DNA of 64,000 nucleotides, taken from assembly GCA_002269645.1 (NCBI GenBank), contig NIVC01000001.1, positions 2,418,001 to 2,482,000 on the forward strand, read 5' to 3'. The translations under genes and the position numbers were made by a program. The DNA is from Macrostomum lignano (lineage: Eukaryota). The notes under the pieces were generated by a model. That model ran no database searches and had not been told where the DNA came from. It worked only from the letters and a program-made list of their open reading frames with translations. Below, one piece after another: positions 62,285-64,000 of this stretch. Each line of letters opens with the position of its first letter. Position 1 is the first letter of the stretch.

Positions 62285-63686
62285 TATCAATAACAGATTT
62301 TTAATTTTTTAGTCTTGGCATATAAATGAGATCTTATAATTTTTTCTGGCATTAGACCTGGCATATACTAATGCATAATCCAAACTATAATAGGCCTATG
62401 GTAGGCCCTAACCAACTAATAAGCTTGACATAGAACTCCTAGACACTCTTGAAGAATCCAATTGATTTGATGGATAATAGGTTATTGATAGGTCTAGTCT
62501 CCCAAGTGGTATTACCATCACCTTGCCAATGACCAAGAGACTGTTTTATAATTAGGAACCAGGCTCCTTGGCTTTATTAGCTAGGTTTATAAGATAGGCT
62601 CTTATGCACTATATTTTCATATAGACAAAGCTAATAGGCTAATGTGTGTATTACTATGATACTAGGCCTATCTACAAATATGACTAGGACCTATTGCTAA
62701 GTATTGGCTAAGGCCTAAAATAGGAGATGCTGCTAGGCCCCCCTAGTTTTGATAAAAATTAAATGCAATACTACAATAGAGTGAATAGACCTAAGCCCTA
62801 AATCATTTTGGAATTTTTATTGGTCTAGGCCTATGGCTATATTATAGGCTTTATTACAATTAAAATGCTAATTAATAATGGCATAATTTTATAAATAAAA
62901 TTAATAAAATTGCTTTGTATAGGGCCTAGTTTTGCATGGCTAGGGCCAACATCAAATGCATTATTTTAATTAAAAGAGACTTTAATTTTTAAATGATAGG
63001 TAGGGCCTATATCATCAGATCAGCTTATGCCTAACAAAATAAATGTAGGTCAAAATAAAAAAAGTTAGGTGCAGGTAGTAGTTCTAGTTGTAGTAGGCCT
63101 ACAGTAGTTGTATGATTGACTCAGGCAAAACAGTTTGGCCAATACAAGTCTGTCTACTTAGGACTTTAGGTTAGGCCTATTTTTAATAGTTTTTTACTTT
63201 TTAATAAAGTAAATATATGCTAAAATTAGTTAATTAGACGGATGTGTTGTTTAAACTTTGTTAAAAGTACTGAAATATACTAAGTACTGTAAGTAACTGT
63301 AAATTGTTGACGAATTAAATGAGAATGGAGCTGTGCCATCATTAGGCAGGCTAAACTATGTACAAAGTAAGCAGGCGACACAAACAAAAATACGAAAACA
63401 GCTGATTTTTGTATTTCCTATCATTGTTTTTCATTACTCCTAAAGAGAGTAATTTAAGGTCGAAAAGAAATATTTTTACCACTTTCTCTGGGAAGCAAAA
63501 TATATTCAATTGCTATTATTGTTTTGTTTTGTTTAAGCCCTTGAAACTTGTGAAGTCGAATCCTAGTTTGCGACCCGATTGCTCCGAGATCCTATTTAAG
63601 ATCATGTATGTAATGTATTATATGCATATCTTTATTAACATAAGTGAAAGGCTATAAATACGTATTTCTTGTGCTGCATATTCGTA

Positions 63687-63960
63687 CCTACCACCTGAAC
63701 AAGAACGGGCTTTGGTCACATCGCGGCAGAATGGCACAGTTCCTGGTCTCTTCGCCAAGGCAACGAGGAGGAGGAGATACTCCAAACGATCACTGACTGC
63801 TTGTCATCTGCAGCTAGGATTCCAAGGCATTCGACTCGGTCCGTCAGATCTGTGTTTTCCCTATGGTGTGTATAACGCGCCATGCAGAAAGCTATAGTAC
63901 ATGTATAGGCAGCATGGTTAATTTCCGCCATTTGGCGACGTACCGCGACACGAAGGCTTT
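63687..63960 (-). promoter_or_regulatory. Candidate CpG-island promoter / non-coding first exon of TRIP12
   Basis: CpG density returns abruptly after about 63240. There is a YY1-type motif AAATGGCGG on the minus strand (63933-25) and a possible donor TAG|gtacga near 63687. Motif-level inference only. Confidence 0.4.
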
Positions 63961-64000
63961 TTTCGAGACATCCTCTGAGCTGCACGGTTCCTGTTTGATC

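Overview
Eukaryotic (animal) genomic DNA. It has GC/CpG-rich exons full of poly-Ala/Gln/Ser tracts, AT-rich spacers, about 30 distinct tandem arrays and TTAGGG-type repeats. This style suggests a free-living flatworm such as Macrostomum (inference, not verified). Four spliced genes can be reconstructed with frame-consistent splice sites. (1) A two-exon NR0B (DAX1/SHP)-like nuclear receptor with no DNA-binding domain (minus, 13862-20077). It has an LYSLL NR-box, a PLDLS CtBP motif and an acidic 8-Cys patch. (2) A secreted trypsin-family protease with an N-terminal beta-defensin/clip-like 6-Cys module (plus, 26332-31388), whose first intron is probably GC-AG. (3) A divergent Mab-21/cGAS-like (MB21D2-like) fold protein (plus, 37350-40088; family call tentative). 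(4) The HECT E3 ligase TRIP12 (minus, 9 coding exons, 45370-55557, about 2170 aa). Mobile DNA comprises a 3' LINE fragment inside a satellite, a foldback palindrome, a tRNA-like SINE head, a 786-bp MITE and a rearranged dead mariner. Two window-scale patterns stand out. First, nearly every intron larger than about 75 nt is a minimal intron plus its own minisatellite(s). Second, a roughly 6-kb domain 5' of the TRIP12 coding exons (57257-63238) is almost free of CpG, with CpG-transition damage readable in the mariner, while the rest of the window is CpG-rich. The very long ORFs across tandem arrays are artefacts.
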